IMG/VR virus record: IMGVR_UViG_3300045988_175036
Span: 52,290 to 116,289 of that record
From: a virus
DNA: 64,000 nucleotides
Reading direction: 5' to 3' (one strand)
The position numbers and the translations under genes were made by a program. Below the pieces are notes generated by a model, which worked only from the letters and a program-made list of their open reading frames with translations, did not search any database and had not been told where the DNA came from. Below are positions 1 to 10,513 of the stretch, piece by piece. Positions within the stretch are counted from its first letter, which is position 1; every line of letters starts with the position of its first letter.

Positions 1-217
1 AAAAGTTTTTCCCCAAGTCAATATGGGAAAATATTACTTTATTCCCATTCTGTAAAAAAATTTGAACATATTTACTATTCTCCTTATCAAAAGGACACCA
101 AATGATATCCTCTTTTGAGACATATTTTAATAAGGGGGTAATAGCGTTAGGTGGGGTATAGTATTCATCAGAAGCTTTATCCGTTTTTGCTGTTAAATAA
201 CCTTTATTTTGTCCCAT
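1..217 (-). CDS. Adenine DNA methyltransferase-like protein; N-terminal 72 aa only, gene runs off the left edge
   Basis: ATG at 217-215 after GGAGG, overlapping the upstream stop (TAATG). Hand translation MGQNKGYLTAKTDKASDEYYTPPNAITPLLKYVSKEDIIWCPFD. The DEYYTP...IWCPFD N-terminus resembles EcoRI-methylase-like adenine MTases. Not in the ORF track. Confidence 0.4.
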   Translation of the reverse strand, partial: MGQNKGYLTAKTDKASDEYYTPPNAITPLLKYVSKEDIIWCPFDKENSKYVQIFLQNGNKVIFSHIDLGKNF

Positions 218-636
218 TATACCTCCACGATTTTATAGTCGCATCCATCAATAGAACGGATATAATTTAAAACATCTTTATATTCTGGTTTTGTAAACCA
301 GTTATTGAGAAGATAGGTATATGTAACTTTCTTAGCTTTTAAAGCCCTTCCAATTTTTTGATATTGGAGAAGTTTGAAAGCACAAGTTTGTAATTTTTCA
401 TCAACTGAGCCGGCCACTTGTTGATATTTCTTCTCATAAATTTTTAGTTCTCCATTTACAAAATAAGCCTCATCTGGCAATAGCTTCTTAGAAATTAGTT
501 TTCTCCAATCAATCTTTTCTTGAGACAAATACTTATATAGATTATGCTTAGATAAATCTATGCCTTCTTTTTGAGCTTGACAGATTTCTTCCCAAACTAA
601 ACCACTAGAAGTATCTCTAATCATATTCTTCATCAA
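217..636 (-). CDS. hypothetical protein (139 aa)
   Basis: ORF track; start overlaps the stop of the upstream deaminase gene (633-636); no recognised motif. Confidence 0.5.
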   Translation of the reverse strand: MMKNMIRDTSSGLVWEEICQAQKEGIDLSKHNLYKYLSQEKIDWRKLISKKLLPDEAYFVNGELKIYEKKYQQVAGSVDEKLQTCAFKLLQYQKIGRALKAKKVTYTYLLNNWFTKPEYKDVLNYIRSIDGCDYKIVEV

Positions 637-1052
637 ATAATTTTCTCCTTTACATAATCTCCACTTTCATTCAAATAATAAACTGTCTTTATTCCTAGGT
701 CTCGTATCAGTCGCGCGCACGCCGCGCAGGGTCTGCTACAGCCTCTTTCTCCATTTTTGTGTTCTCTATAAACATAGATATTGACTTTATCCCATTCAAT
801 ATCTTTCCCAATAAGAGGAGAAAGTGCAGCGACCTCTGCGTGTTCTCGCGCGATTGAATTCTCGTAGTCATCAAAATTTCGATAAATATTATAACGGTGC
901 TGAAGAGGACGAGTCTTCTGACTATTACAAGCAGAAGAAAGAATCCTGTTGCCACTGACAACAACCGCGCCGACCTTTGTCTGCTTGAAATCAGATAAAT
1001 AACTGACTTCACGCGCGATATTGAAAAAGCGTTCTTCTTTGTGCGTCATCAA
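633..1052 (-). CDS. deoxycytidylate (dCMP) deaminase
   Basis: Zinc-binding signature HAEVAAL ... PCAACARLI of the cytidine/dCMP deaminase family. Confidence 0.85.
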   Translation of the reverse strand: MMTHKEERFFNIAREVSYLSDFKQTKVGAVVVSGNRILSSACNSQKTRPLQHRYNIYRNFDDYENSIAREHAEVAALSPLIGKDIEWDKVNIYVYREHKNGERGCSRPCAACARLIRDLGIKTVYYLNESGDYVKEKII

Positions 1053-1080
1053 ACTAGTCCCCTTTACTCTTTATAAAAAT

Positions 1081-1109
1081 ATTATATCAAAAATTTTAGT
1101 TTTTTTCAA
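1081..1109 (-). promoter_or_regulatory. sigma-A type promoter, conserved cassette
   Basis: Minus strand TTGAAA (1109-1104), 17 nt, TGaTATAAT (-10 at 1086-1081), followed by ATTTTTATAAAGAG. Confidence 0.6.
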
Positions 1110-1311
1110 ATTCTTGCTTTGCTTGTAGATAGCCATTTGTATATGCATCCTTCAATGCCTTTTGGACGTTAGTCCAGACACTAGGGAAAAGACGCATTAT
1201 GACATAGGAAAATTTTATTGGATAGTCAGTTGGATAGAGAAGCAAACTTTCTGAAAGTTTTGTAATCTTTTCTTTTGTTGTGGTGACTTCATTTATTTCT
1301 TTACTTTCCAT
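1096..1311 (-). CDS. hypothetical protein (71 aa)
   Basis: ORF track only. Confidence 0.4.
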   Translation of the reverse strand: MESKEINEVTTTKEKITKLSESLLLYPTDYPIKFSYVIMRLFPSVWTNVQKALKDAYTNGYLQAKQEFEKN

Positions 1312-1322
1312 ATTATTCCTCT

Positions 1323-3551
1323 TTAGTTACAGTGAGAGTAACCGCATTCCTTACAGATATCGCAGCCGCCGCTATGCTCCAAAACCGCGTCGCACTCTGG
1401 ACAACGCTCTCCGAACTTTTGTGATTTCTTTTTCTTTGGTTCCTCTAAATATCCCAATTCTTCTTGAACTTCTTTCCACATATCCATCAGTGCATTGCCT
1501 ATTGCCATTGGGCAACACGCGCCCTTAGATGTATCATGCTTTGTGGCTGTCCTAATAGCATAACTAGGACAAGCACCAGTTGAATTGAGCTGGTCTTGAA
1601 TATCATTTATGCTAACTCCAGCTCTACAGGCAAGAGAAACCATTCGAGATAATCCAACCATATAGTTGGAACATCCCCCCAAACTACCTTTTGTAAAGAA
1701 CACTTCAACTAAATCACCATAAACTGGTTCAAAGAACCCAAGAACATGAGTTGAGCCGCAACCATTGATTATTTTTCTTTTCTTTCCAATCAAGTCGTCC
1801 GCACACTTCATAATTTCTCCACGTTTTAATTCTTTATGAGAAATTTCTTCTTCTTTTTTATTTTCTGTAGTCAAAATGCCAAGGCGCTTACAACCATCTC
1901 TGAACATGGTAATACCTTTACACCCAGACGACCAAGCAAGTAGATACATATGTGCAATATCATCTTTAGTTGCAGAATTTGGCATATTTACTGTAGAACT
2001 AATTGCTGTATCAACATGTTTTTGCATTACAGCTTGTGTTAGCACTCTACTCTGCCAAGAGATATCAGCTGAACCGACAAAATAATCTGGTAGCTCTTTT
2101 GTATTATTTATCTCCATATATTCGCGTGCTGCTTTACAATAAACATCGTAGTAGGCATCTTCTCCATCTGTCATGCCTACTGTTCTTCTTGTATATTTTA
2201 GCGCAAATTCTGGCTCACAACCACCACTTTCTCCTAGTAGAGTAGCTAATGAACCAGTTGGAGCAATTGAAACTAAACTACAATTTCTTAAGCCATATTC
2301 TTTTAGTTTAGTTATTTCATCAGGACTAAAATGAAATTTTATGATATCACTATCAAAAATTTCTTCTTTGTATTTTGGATACGGACCGAACTCTTTTGCC
2401 AATTCGTTGCTTGCAAGGACCGCGCGTCTAAAGATAAGAGAAAAGACATCATCAGTAAATTCAATAGCCTCTGGCGAGCCATATCGGAAGCCGAGCTTCA
2501 TAAGGGCCGTTGCATAGCCAAAGATACCTAGGCCAATATTTCTATAGTTATAAGACATATCTCTTTGCTGTTGTAAAGGGTGTCTGTTATAATTTTCATC
2601 AATAAGTTTATCAAGAGTTTTAATACCAACATCAATTGCCGATAGTAAGTCCGCTGTATTGAGGTGAGCTTGTGGTGTATAAGGGTTTACAATAAATTCA
2701 GAAAGATTCAGGGAAGATAGACAGCAAGCGCCATGTTTGGGGAGCGGTTGCTCGCCACAAGGATTACAAGTCTCAATCTCATAATCTTCATCGAATTGCA
2801 TCAAATTATAATTTCTAAATTTGTTGGTAAAGAGGCAAGCGGGGTCAGCCCAATCATAACAATTATCAACTAGCATTTTGAAAATTTCGATTGGGGTAAC
2901 ATCATATTCTATTTCATGCCCGGAGTAGTTTCGCTTTTCGTGTAGTACTACAACTTCTCCAGTGTCATAATATTTCTCAACAGCTCGCATAAATTCGTCA
3001 TCAAGTTCAAGAGACAAATTGGCTTTTTCAATTTCCCCTTCTTTTGACTTTATTTTTATAAAAGTCTCTGCTTCTTTATGCCGTGCGTCAATAGAAAGCA
3101 TTAGCGCACCCTTGCGCGCACCTCCTTGTGAAGTTCCCGCTGTGACTTCATTGAAAATTTTCATAAAAGGAACAATTCCATCAGAATAGTATTCAGTTTT
3201 TATTGGAGTTCCCTTTGGGCGTAATTTTGTAAGAGAAATTCCTTGGCCGCCTTGTGCTTTGAAAGTAATGCCAATGTCTTTTGCGGCATCCATAATGTCG
3301 TAGTAATCATCTTCAATATACCCTCTTGAATAACAATTGAATAAACTGCCAGTATTATTAAGACCTCTATTTGCTAAAGTGCGCCCGCCCATCAAGAACT
3401 TTTTCTCGATAATTAGTTTTCGTAATTCATTATCTCCTGCACTTACTCTATCTAGCCATTCTTCAAAACTTTCATTATTGTGTCGATATTTACGTTGCCA
3501 GATGTCTTGCGCGAGTTGATTATTTTCTCCAAGCCAATCCTTTACGGTCAT
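1323..3551 (-). CDS. nrdJ: class II (adenosylcobalamin-dependent) ribonucleotide reductase
   Basis: Active-site TCNPCGEQPL. C-terminal Cys-rich zinc finger CPECD...CDICKECGYSHC, typical of class II RNRs. Start refined to ATG 3551 (GGAGG 7 nt upstream, ATGA overlap with the upstream stop). Confidence 0.85.
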   Translation of the reverse strand: MTVKDWLGENNQLAQDIWQRKYRHNNESFEEWLDRVSAGDNELRKLIIEKKFLMGGRTLANRGLNNTGSLFNCYSRGYIEDDYYDIMDAAKDIGITFKAQGGQGISLTKLRPKGTPIKTEYYSDGIVPFMKIFNEVTAGTSQGGARKGALMLSIDARHKEAETFIKIKSKEGEIEKANLSLELDDEFMRAVEKYYDTGEVVVLHEKRNYSGHEIEYDVTPIEIFKMLVDNCYDWADPACLFTNKFRNYNLMQFDEDYEIETCNPCGEQPLPKHGACCLSSLNLSEFIVNPYTPQAHLNTADLLSAIDVGIKTLDKLIDENYNRHPLQQQRDMSYNYRNIGLGIFGYATALMKLGFRYGSPEAIEFTDDVFSLIFRRAVLASNELAKEFGPYPKYKEEIFDSDIIKFHFSPDEITKLKEYGLRNCSLVSIAPTGSLATLLGESGGCEPEFALKYTRRTVGMTDGEDAYYDVYCKAAREYMEINNTKELPDYFVGSADISWQSRVLTQAVMQKHVDTAISSTVNMPNSATKDDIAHMYLLAWSSGCKGITMFRDGCKRLGILTTENKKEEEISHKELKRGEIMKCADDLIGKKRKIINGCGSTHVLGFFEPVYGDLVEVFFTKGSLGGCSNYMVGLSRMVSLACRAGVSINDIQDQLNSTGACPSYAIRTATKHDTSKGACCPMAIGNALMDMWKEVQEELGYLEEPKKKKSQKFGERCPECDAVLEHSGGCDICKECGYSHCN

Positions 3552-3742
3552 TCTTTTTCCTCCGTGTAACAATATTCACAATAGCCATTTATAAAATTGT
3601 GCTGACATTGTGCTTGAAGTTTTTTATTTTCTTCTAATAATTTAGCAACAGTATTATTTAGGGTGAATTTATTTGGTGTTACTAGCTGTTCAATAATACT
3701 ATTATTTTCATCTATTTTTTGTTTTATTTCTAAATTAGTCAT
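3548..3742 (-). CDS. hypothetical small Cys-containing protein (64 aa)
   Basis: ORF track; translationally coupled at both ends. Confidence 0.45.
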   Translation of the reverse strand: MTNLEIKQKIDENNSIIEQLVTPNKFTLNNTVAKLLEENKKLQAQCQHNFINGYCEYCYTEEKE

Positions 3743-4871
3743 TTATAAACATCTCCTTTTCATAATGGACAGAGATTGTCTCGTAGAACATCTTGAAAAG
3801 TTCATAATTCTTTTCACGAATATATATAAAGCTTTTCCGATTTTCCTCAAGGGAAGTCTTTGGAGAGAGAGATTTCTCTGTAAAAATTGGACCAGAATTA
3901 TACTGAGATTTTGCTTTTAGGTAATAATATAATGTGGTCAGTTTTCTATCTTGGCTTTTTTGAAAAAATTCATTCCAAAGTCGAAAAAGGTTTTCTAACT
4001 CTTGTGAAAATGGAGATTCTCTACCAAGAGTAAGTAGAAAATTTATCTTATGAGTAGATAAGTATAAACACTGTCTGTATACAATAGGTAGTGTTTCTAG
4101 GATTTGCTCATCACAAGATGTTGTGGAAAACGGATTATATATAATTTTCCGCGCAGTTCTAGCAGGAATATCATCACATAGTTCTTTTACCATTTTATCA
4201 GGCATCAGGTCTTCATATTGAACTTGGAAAATACCTGAAAGAGGTGGAAGACTAAGCCATTCATAGAGTTCTTCTTTTGTGCTTACAGTTGGCGGAAATT
4301 TCATCCCAATTGGCAACACGTGAATTTTTTCAGGATTATTTACACCAAAACGAGAATTAGATAACTCTTTCAGGAAACTAACGGCTCCTTCAACTTGTCC
4401 AAGGTTATAATCATGAAGAATAATACCTGATGTTTTTGGAAAAATCTGTGCTTTGAGTTGCTTTTCCACAAAGCTATCAATACCATGGCCTTCACGCGAA
4501 AGACGTCCATGTCCTGCGCGTAAAATCCTCTTAAAAGTAGCCTTATCTACTCCGAAGTAACTTTCATATTTTTCATACGGAGAAAAATCAGGGACAATAC
4601 TTTCAATTTCTTTTGAAAAAGGAACATAATTTTCTAATGATACCGCGCGACCACCATATCCTACATTAGGTAAAAAAAGTTCTTTTGGATACAATCTATC
4701 CTCGTAATCTTTTCTTACAAAAAAAGAATTATAGCGTTCTGGCTCCAAAGTAGGAGCCAAAAGCGTTATATCTCTTTTCTTCTTGTAGTAGGCAAGAAGC
4801 TTCGCACACTCAAGATTTGGCATTACATTCCAATAATGAAAAAAATCATAATCATGAATTCCAACTATCAT
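3735..4871 (-). CDS. hypothetical protein (378 aa)
   Basis: ORF track; overlaps its neighbours by a few nt; no motif recognised. Confidence 0.55.
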   Translation of the reverse strand: MIVGIHDYDFFHYWNVMPNLECAKLLAYYKKKRDITLLAPTLEPERYNSFFVRKDYEDRLYPKELFLPNVGYGGRAVSLENYVPFSKEIESIVPDFSPYEKYESYFGVDKATFKRILRAGHGRLSREGHGIDSFVEKQLKAQIFPKTSGIILHDYNLGQVEGAVSFLKELSNSRFGVNNPEKIHVLPIGMKFPPTVSTKEELYEWLSLPPLSGIFQVQYEDLMPDKMVKELCDDIPARTARKIIYNPFSTTSCDEQILETLPIVYRQCLYLSTHKINFLLTLGRESPFSQELENLFRLWNEFFQKSQDRKLTTLYYYLKAKSQYNSGPIFTEKSLSPKTSLEENRKSFIYIREKNYELFKMFYETISVHYEKEMFIND

Positions 4872-7800
4872 TCATCTAACTCCAACCTTGGGCGCATTTT
4901 TATTTTACCATCTGGATAAACTTCTTCAATCAATTCACAAAGATGGTAGGGGGTTGCTTTATATTTTTTCGCGCGGAAGCTATCACCATCACGAATTCCA
5001 CACACTACAATTTTGTTTCCACGTGCAAAAGTAGATTTTTCTTTGACGTGTTTCTTGCCATCCACACCTTTTTCAGAAATTTGGCGATCATAGATATTGA
5101 AGACTTCACCAAAAATCTTTACTGTAACAACCCCATCTGGCGTCAAAAGTGTCACTAATTTCTTCATCTTATCACGGTCAAGAACGGTTCCATAGATACG
5201 ATGAATTTTGAAGATTGGAACACGTTTACCCTTGATTTCAAAAACTCGCTCAATCTCTGGTTCTTCTGCTAAGTCAAAGAAGTTCGAGAAGCCATAATAT
5301 GTGTTATCGACATGTGCGAGTTCGTGTTCATGGAAATAACAAGAAACGCTGTCCATTTCCCATTTACTTATATTTCCAAGGCAATACTTATTCCACACAT
5401 CTTCTGTCAATCGACTATTTACAGAAGAAAGAAGTTTTTGATTATTCTCTTTGACGTAGGGACGAATTCTATCCATTACTTCATCATAGATTTTTTTCCA
5501 CGTGATTTGCTTTATGCCAAAGCCACTTTCCGCGCGAGCGTCCTCAACCAGCTTGTCGATTGAGAAGTTCTTATCAAAGAAAACCATCGCAATGTTATCT
5601 AAAAGGAATAAATCATCTACTTTGGATGTCTTTAGATATTTGTTGAAGTTGAAGACCCGGCGAACAAAATCGTATTCGCTTGGAATAAGTCCAAAATCAA
5701 TCAACATTTTCATATTTTGGAGAGTAATACGTTTCTTTGCGTCGCTAATAAGGTTGATATATTCGTGCATCACTTGTTCGCGTTGGCCGAAACTGTCGAA
5801 AGCGCCGCACTTTATGAGATTTACCATTTGAGGCTTGTTGATTTTTACTTTTGAGAGGAAGTCTGGGATTGAAGTGTAAGGACGATTTTCGATTATTTGT
5901 TTTACAATATCTTGACCGATTTTTGTAATACCATTCATACCAAAACGAATAATTGAATTTTCAACATCTGGAGAAAATGTAAAAGTGGATTTATTTATAT
6001 CTGGTGGAGCAACTGTAATTCCAGCTGCTTGCATTTTTCCAAGCGCCGCGGCAATTTTACCGTAATTACTTACTTTTACTTTTTTCTTCTTTTTAGTTGT
6101 TAAGACTTTATTGACTTCAGTATCATCTTCTTCATCTTCTTCATCGTCATCATCGAATTCTTCTATGCAATCAGTATATTTTTCTATTGTGAACGTGTCC
6201 TCTTCTTCATTTCCATCGTTATCATCACCCTGTTGTTCATTGCCACCACTGTCACTAATTAAGCAAGCACAATTCCAAAAAATAATTGGAAAGCGATAAG
6301 CCAAATTCATTTCTTGCAAAGCCACAAGAGAATATGAAAGGGTGTGCGCACGACAAAATGAGTAACCACGCTGAACACGAAGTAAAATGTCCCAGACATA
6401 ATGAACAAGTTTCATATCACATTTTTTTTCTTGAGCATTTTCAAAATAAGCCTTTTCACATTCGTCAAAAAGCTTACCTTGTTTTTTTGCAATTGCCTTA
6501 CGGCATTTGTCTGCAAAGGTCAGACTATTACCACCAAGTTGTTCTTCTTGTAGAAGCTGCATCATTCCTTCTTGACTTTCACAAATACCATCGGTAATAG
6601 CGTTGTGCGACATTAGCCAATCAATATTGACCTGACTTAGGCCATACGTGCACATCTCTCGTTCCCATTCTATGATATTGGAACGATATCTGGCCCACAT
6701 ATCAAGAGGTTGTTCTGCACCCTTTTCAGGAGCCATGAGACGAATAACTGAATTCAAAACCGCTAATTCACTGACACTTTTTGGATGCGTTAGCGCGATA
6801 CCATTGATACCACTTTGTTTTTCCATTTGAAAAAGACTGGTAATTTTATGCTCCCAAACCATTTGCCACATTTTTGGGGCGGTGCGCTCAAGATTATAAA
6901 TTCCAATGATTTTCTCATAGGTTTCTCGTAATGTTGCTTCTGGTTTTATATAGCCATATTCTACTAATAAATCTAACTCATTATGAATTTTATCAAGGGC
7001 TTCAATAGAGAGCATGTCAATTTTAATGAGTGATACATCCTCGCAATCATGTAACTCAAAAGCAGTAATAATCGTACCATCTGGCGCGCGCATTAGAGCC
7101 GTAGAATTAGTGAAAGGTTCATCAACAAAAATTACTCCGCCAGCATGTATTCCAACTCCACAAATCAGTCCTTCAATTTTAGAAGCTACTGCCCAAACTT
7201 CTGGATAATTTTCCGTCATTTCAAAAACAAATTGTTTGATTGGCTTGAAGTCCTTCTCTTCGTCACCATTCATGCATTGTGATAAAGACCGTAACTGGCC
7301 GCGGTCGGATGGAATTAGTCCAGCTAGATAAGAAGCAATATCAACCTCAATATTGAGGCCGCGACAGGCAGTTAGAATAGCAGACTTGGATTTTTCGGTT
7401 TTGAAGGTTGCCACATTAGACACTCTGTCTTCGCCATAAAAGTCTCGAAACTTTTGAAGGACTTGTGCACGCTTACTTCCTTCGATATCTGTATCACAGT
7501 CAAGAACCGAAGCTCGATCAGGGTTCAAAAAGCGCCAATGGAATACTTTCGTCTCTTCAAGAAGCGGGTTTATTTGAGTAATTCCAAGTACGTATAGTAG
7601 AATAAATCCTGCACCAGAACCCCGCCCTGGCCCAACAAGAGAACCAGCCTCCCAGCACAAATCAATATTTTTTTGAAGATTTAGATAATATGCAGACCAA
7701 TGAGCATTATTTTTGATAGAAGAACGCCAAGTATCATCGAGACACACATTTATTTCTTTATAAGCCTCATCCGTTTGAAGCCCGCGTCGAGATTTTATAC

Positions 7801-8866
7801 CATCAATAACTGCCCAAACAAGATGTCTATCACCAATATAATTAGAATTATAAAAAGTTTCAAGAAGTGGGATTTTATTTTTATAGAAAAGATATTCATC
7901 TTTATTTTGTGGATACTTGTACCACTCTAATTCTGGAATTCTTAGAGGTTTTAGTAGGCTATAATCTTCACAGGTTTCTCTAATCTTAAGGATATTTCTA
8001 TATGCTTTTTCTAATTGTTCCCTTGAAAAATATCCAAAATAACTTTCAAGTTCTTCCGTATTCATCATATACGTAGACACGTAAAAGTCATCAACTTCAC
8101 GGTCGCCATTTTGAGCATTTAGATATGCTTTATGGATAGTGCGGTCTTCTTTCTTTAGGTAATGACTATCAGTTGTAATAATATAGGGGATGTCTAATTC
8201 TTCTGAAAGTTCAAAGAGTCGTTGATTTACATAGACTTGATCTTTATTATGGCTTGGTTGCATTTCAAAGAAAAAATTACCATGTCCAAATAAGTTATCT
8301 AATTGACTAATCCAATTATAAATTTTTGGTAACAACTCTGGTTCAGTCTTCGCACGAAGGAGTTGAGTAGGAAGACAGCCACCCAAACACGCTGATGAAC
8401 CAATAATATGTCCTGGGTTAGCACCAATTATCTCAAATAAATCGCTATAATAAGTCGGAACACGTCTCATGCCTCGCGCCGTATAGCTACGAAGCCAAGC
8501 ACGCGTAGAAAGTTCACGGATTTGTTGGTGACCAATTGCATCTTTTGCAAGAAGAATAAAGTGATAATATTTGTCTTGACCTGCTTTATAATTAGAAGCA
8601 TTGAGGCCATTGCGGCAAAGATAAATCTCATTTCCTAGAATAAGCTTAAAATCAGGATTCTTTTCTTTTACCTTTCGATAATATTTCTCAGCGCGAACTG
8701 CGCCAGAGACGGTTTCATGGTCAGTAATGGCTACTACTTGATGTCCTAGTTCAATTGCATAATCAATCAAATCTTCAGTCTTAATGATACAGTCACGAAG
8801 ACGTTCATTTGACCAGTCAAGATGATTATGTAGAGAACCAGGGTACTTTAGTTTTCGTTCGTCCAT
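4868..8866 (-). CDS. dnaE: DNA polymerase III alpha subunit (DnaE-type, N-terminal PHP domain)
   Basis: PHP motifs (HNHLDWS, AITDHETVSG). 1332 aa with Pol III alpha core similarity throughout. Carries an acidic/Lys insertion (about 6068-6250). Confidence 0.9.
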   Translation of the reverse strand: MDERKLKYPGSLHNHLDWSNERLRDCIIKTEDLIDYAIELGHQVVAITDHETVSGAVRAEKYYRKVKEKNPDFKLILGNEIYLCRNGLNASNYKAGQDKYYHFILLAKDAIGHQQIRELSTRAWLRSYTARGMRRVPTYYSDLFEIIGANPGHIIGSSACLGGCLPTQLLRAKTEPELLPKIYNWISQLDNLFGHGNFFFEMQPSHNKDQVYVNQRLFELSEELDIPYIITTDSHYLKKEDRTIHKAYLNAQNGDREVDDFYVSTYMMNTEELESYFGYFSREQLEKAYRNILKIRETCEDYSLLKPLRIPELEWYKYPQNKDEYLFYKNKIPLLETFYNSNYIGDRHLVWAVIDGIKSRRGLQTDEAYKEINVCLDDTWRSSIKNNAHWSAYYLNLQKNIDLCWEAGSLVGPGRGSGAGFILLYVLGITQINPLLEETKVFHWRFLNPDRASVLDCDTDIEGSKRAQVLQKFRDFYGEDRVSNVATFKTEKSKSAILTACRGLNIEVDIASYLAGLIPSDRGQLRSLSQCMNGDEEKDFKPIKQFVFEMTENYPEVWAVASKIEGLICGVGIHAGGVIFVDEPFTNSTALMRAPDGTIITAFELHDCEDVSLIKIDMLSIEALDKIHNELDLLVEYGYIKPEATLRETYEKIIGIYNLERTAPKMWQMVWEHKITSLFQMEKQSGINGIALTHPKSVSELAVLNSVIRLMAPEKGAEQPLDMWARYRSNIIEWEREMCTYGLSQVNIDWLMSHNAITDGICESQEGMMQLLQEEQLGGNSLTFADKCRKAIAKKQGKLFDECEKAYFENAQEKKCDMKLVHYVWDILLRVQRGYSFCRAHTLSYSLVALQEMNLAYRFPIIFWNCACLISDSGGNEQQGDDNDGNEEEDTFTIEKYTDCIEEFDDDDEEDEEDDTEVNKVLTTKKKKKVKVSNYGKIAAALGKMQAAGITVAPPDINKSTFTFSPDVENSIIRFGMNGITKIGQDIVKQIIENRPYTSIPDFLSKVKINKPQMVNLIKCGAFDSFGQREQVMHEYINLISDAKKRITLQNMKMLIDFGLIPSEYDFVRRVFNFNKYLKTSKVDDLFLLDNIAMVFFDKNFSIDKLVEDARAESGFGIKQITWKKIYDEVMDRIRPYVKENNQKLLSSVNSRLTEDVWNKYCLGNISKWEMDSVSCYFHEHELAHVDNTYYGFSNFFDLAEEPEIERVFEIKGKRVPIFKIHRIYGTVLDRDKMKKLVTLLTPDGVVTVKIFGEVFNIYDRQISEKGVDGKKHVKEKSTFARGNKIVVCGIRDGDSFRAKKYKATPYHLCELIEEVYPDGKIKMRPRLELDE

Positions 8867-8880
8867 TCTCTTCCTCCTTT

Positions 8881-9174
8881 TTATTCGCCAATTATATGGA
8901 AAGTTTTATCTGGAAATACCTTCTTTATTCTAACCCTATCATCATGTTCGGCCACGTCAAAAAAGCTCCATCCCTTATGTAAGCTCATTATTCCTACAAT
9001 TCTCCATGGTTCTTCATCAATTAAATAATAAAGTTCGTCTATTTGAATTTTTTTATAGATATTTTCGTCTTCAAAAAGAATATAATTTTCAATTTCTTCT
9101 AAAGATTGAAGAGTATTAGGGAGTGAAGCAACTAATTCTTTTGTAAAATTTTCAATTTTATAAATTTTTATCAT
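8881..9174 (-). CDS. hypothetical protein (97 aa)
   Basis: ORF track only. Confidence 0.45.
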   Translation of the reverse strand: MIKIYKIENFTKELVASLPNTLQSLEEIENYILFEDENIYKKIQIDELYYLIDEEPWRIVGIMSLHKGWSFFDVAEHDDRVRIKKVFPDKTFHIIGE

Positions 9175-9964
9175 TTTCTTTCTCCCATTGTTCTTTTAGC
9201 CATTTGCGGAGTCTCCATGCAGGCAAATTTGGCGAAGCAACACATTGAAGTAAATTTTTATAATTACATTCTTTTAGCTTTTTTTCTAACCACTCTTTTA
9301 TATTATCGTCACATCTAAAAACTATTTCATTAGGACAGGTTTCACCTTCATCCAATAGCTTTATTGTCCCCCAAGCGGAAACACGGAAGTCCCAAGGATA
9401 ATTTAATATATCATCTGGGTGCTTATATTTACCAGTCCGAAAGATATGCCTGCATTCTAAAATTCCTGAAATGTCATAATTTTGTTTATGTCCATTCTTA
9501 CAATAATGATATATATTCAAGCAACAATGAATTTTTCTTCCGCTATAAGGTAAAATTCCTAAGTCTTCACTATATAATAGTTCAGTGTCTTTCATTGTTC
9601 TATTTTGATTTAATTGACTAATTGGCTGAATGAGTGAAATATATGGCGAATGAGTTAAAGAAGCCTTTATAAATTGAACAGAAAGTTTATTAGCTCTACC
9701 AAAAGGGGGGTTGCCAATCACAAGAGATTTTTCTTCATAAGGGAGTTTTATATCTCTATAATCAGCTTGAATAATATTTGGGCCTTCAGGCAAAATATCA
9801 TAAGCTAATGTGTTATTTGGCAAATAAGCCAGATATGCCCCAGCTCCTGCTGATGGCTCAATAATTCTGTCCCAATCTGTTCCAAGAATTTCAAAAGTTT
9901 TTTCAACGCAGTACTTGGCTATACTATTTTCAGTATAATATTTATCATTTGCAATTTTTCCCAT
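9158..9964 (-). CDS. N6-adenine DNA methyltransferase (gamma-type)
   Basis: SAM-binding motif I IIEPSAGAGAY and catalytic motif IV VIGNPPFGRA. Confidence 0.8.
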   Translation of the reverse strand: MGKIANDKYYTENSIAKYCVEKTFEILGTDWDRIIEPSAGAGAYLAYLPNNTLAYDILPEGPNIIQADYRDIKLPYEEKSLVIGNPPFGRANKLSVQFIKASLTHSPYISLIQPISQLNQNRTMKDTELLYSEDLGILPYSGRKIHCCLNIYHYCKNGHKQNYDISGILECRHIFRTGKYKHPDDILNYPWDFRVSAWGTIKLLDEGETCPNEIVFRCDDNIKEWLEKKLKECNYKNLLQCVASPNLPAWRLRKWLKEQWEKENDKNL

Positions 9965-9965
9965 A

Positions 9966-10481
9966 TCATACCTCTAAGAATTTATTTAGCTCGGAAAAAG
10001 TCATAAAACGGTATTTAGAAAAAGATTGTTTATTTTTCTTGGTTGAGCCAGAAATTGTATAACAGCTTTCTTCTATCCTAGAATGTTGTTTACTTTTAGA
10101 AAATAATTGTTCATTTATAATATCTCTACTAGGAATAAAAAATATCTCTTCTCCGCCATTTTCAGTATCATAATTAACGAAAAGAAAATATTCACACTCA
10201 TATGGATGACATTGATTATAAGTAATTGTTTTCAACGGCAGCCGAGCAGATTTGACCTCTACTCTACCATATTTTTCAGAAAACATATCATGACCAGCGG
10301 AGTTATCTTTTCTCAGAGCTGGAACTTGGCTAAGAATATACGGCTCGCTCCATTCTTCACCAAAGGCTTTATTGGATAAACTTTTTAAGTTTCCATAAGG
10401 ATTTAATTCTGAAATTCTTTTTTCACATTCTGCAATAATTTGTCTCAATTCTGAGACAGAAGTAATTTTTGATAAATCCAT
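9966..10481 (-). CDS. putative PD-(D/E)XK nuclease, possible restriction partner of the adjacent MTase
   Basis: GHDMFSEKYGRVEVKSAR fits D-x10-E-x-K. Its stop lies 1 nt from the MTase start. Confidence 0.4.
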   Translation of the reverse strand: MDLSKITSVSELRQIIAECEKRISELNPYGNLKSLSNKAFGEEWSEPYILSQVPALRKDNSAGHDMFSEKYGRVEVKSARLPLKTITYNQCHPYECEYFLFVNYDTENGGEEIFFIPSRDIINEQLFSKSKQHSRIEESCYTISGSTKKNKQSFSKYRFMTFSELNKFLEV

Positions 10482-10513
10482 AAGAAAATTTCCTTTCCAA
10501 TTTCTTTATTTCT

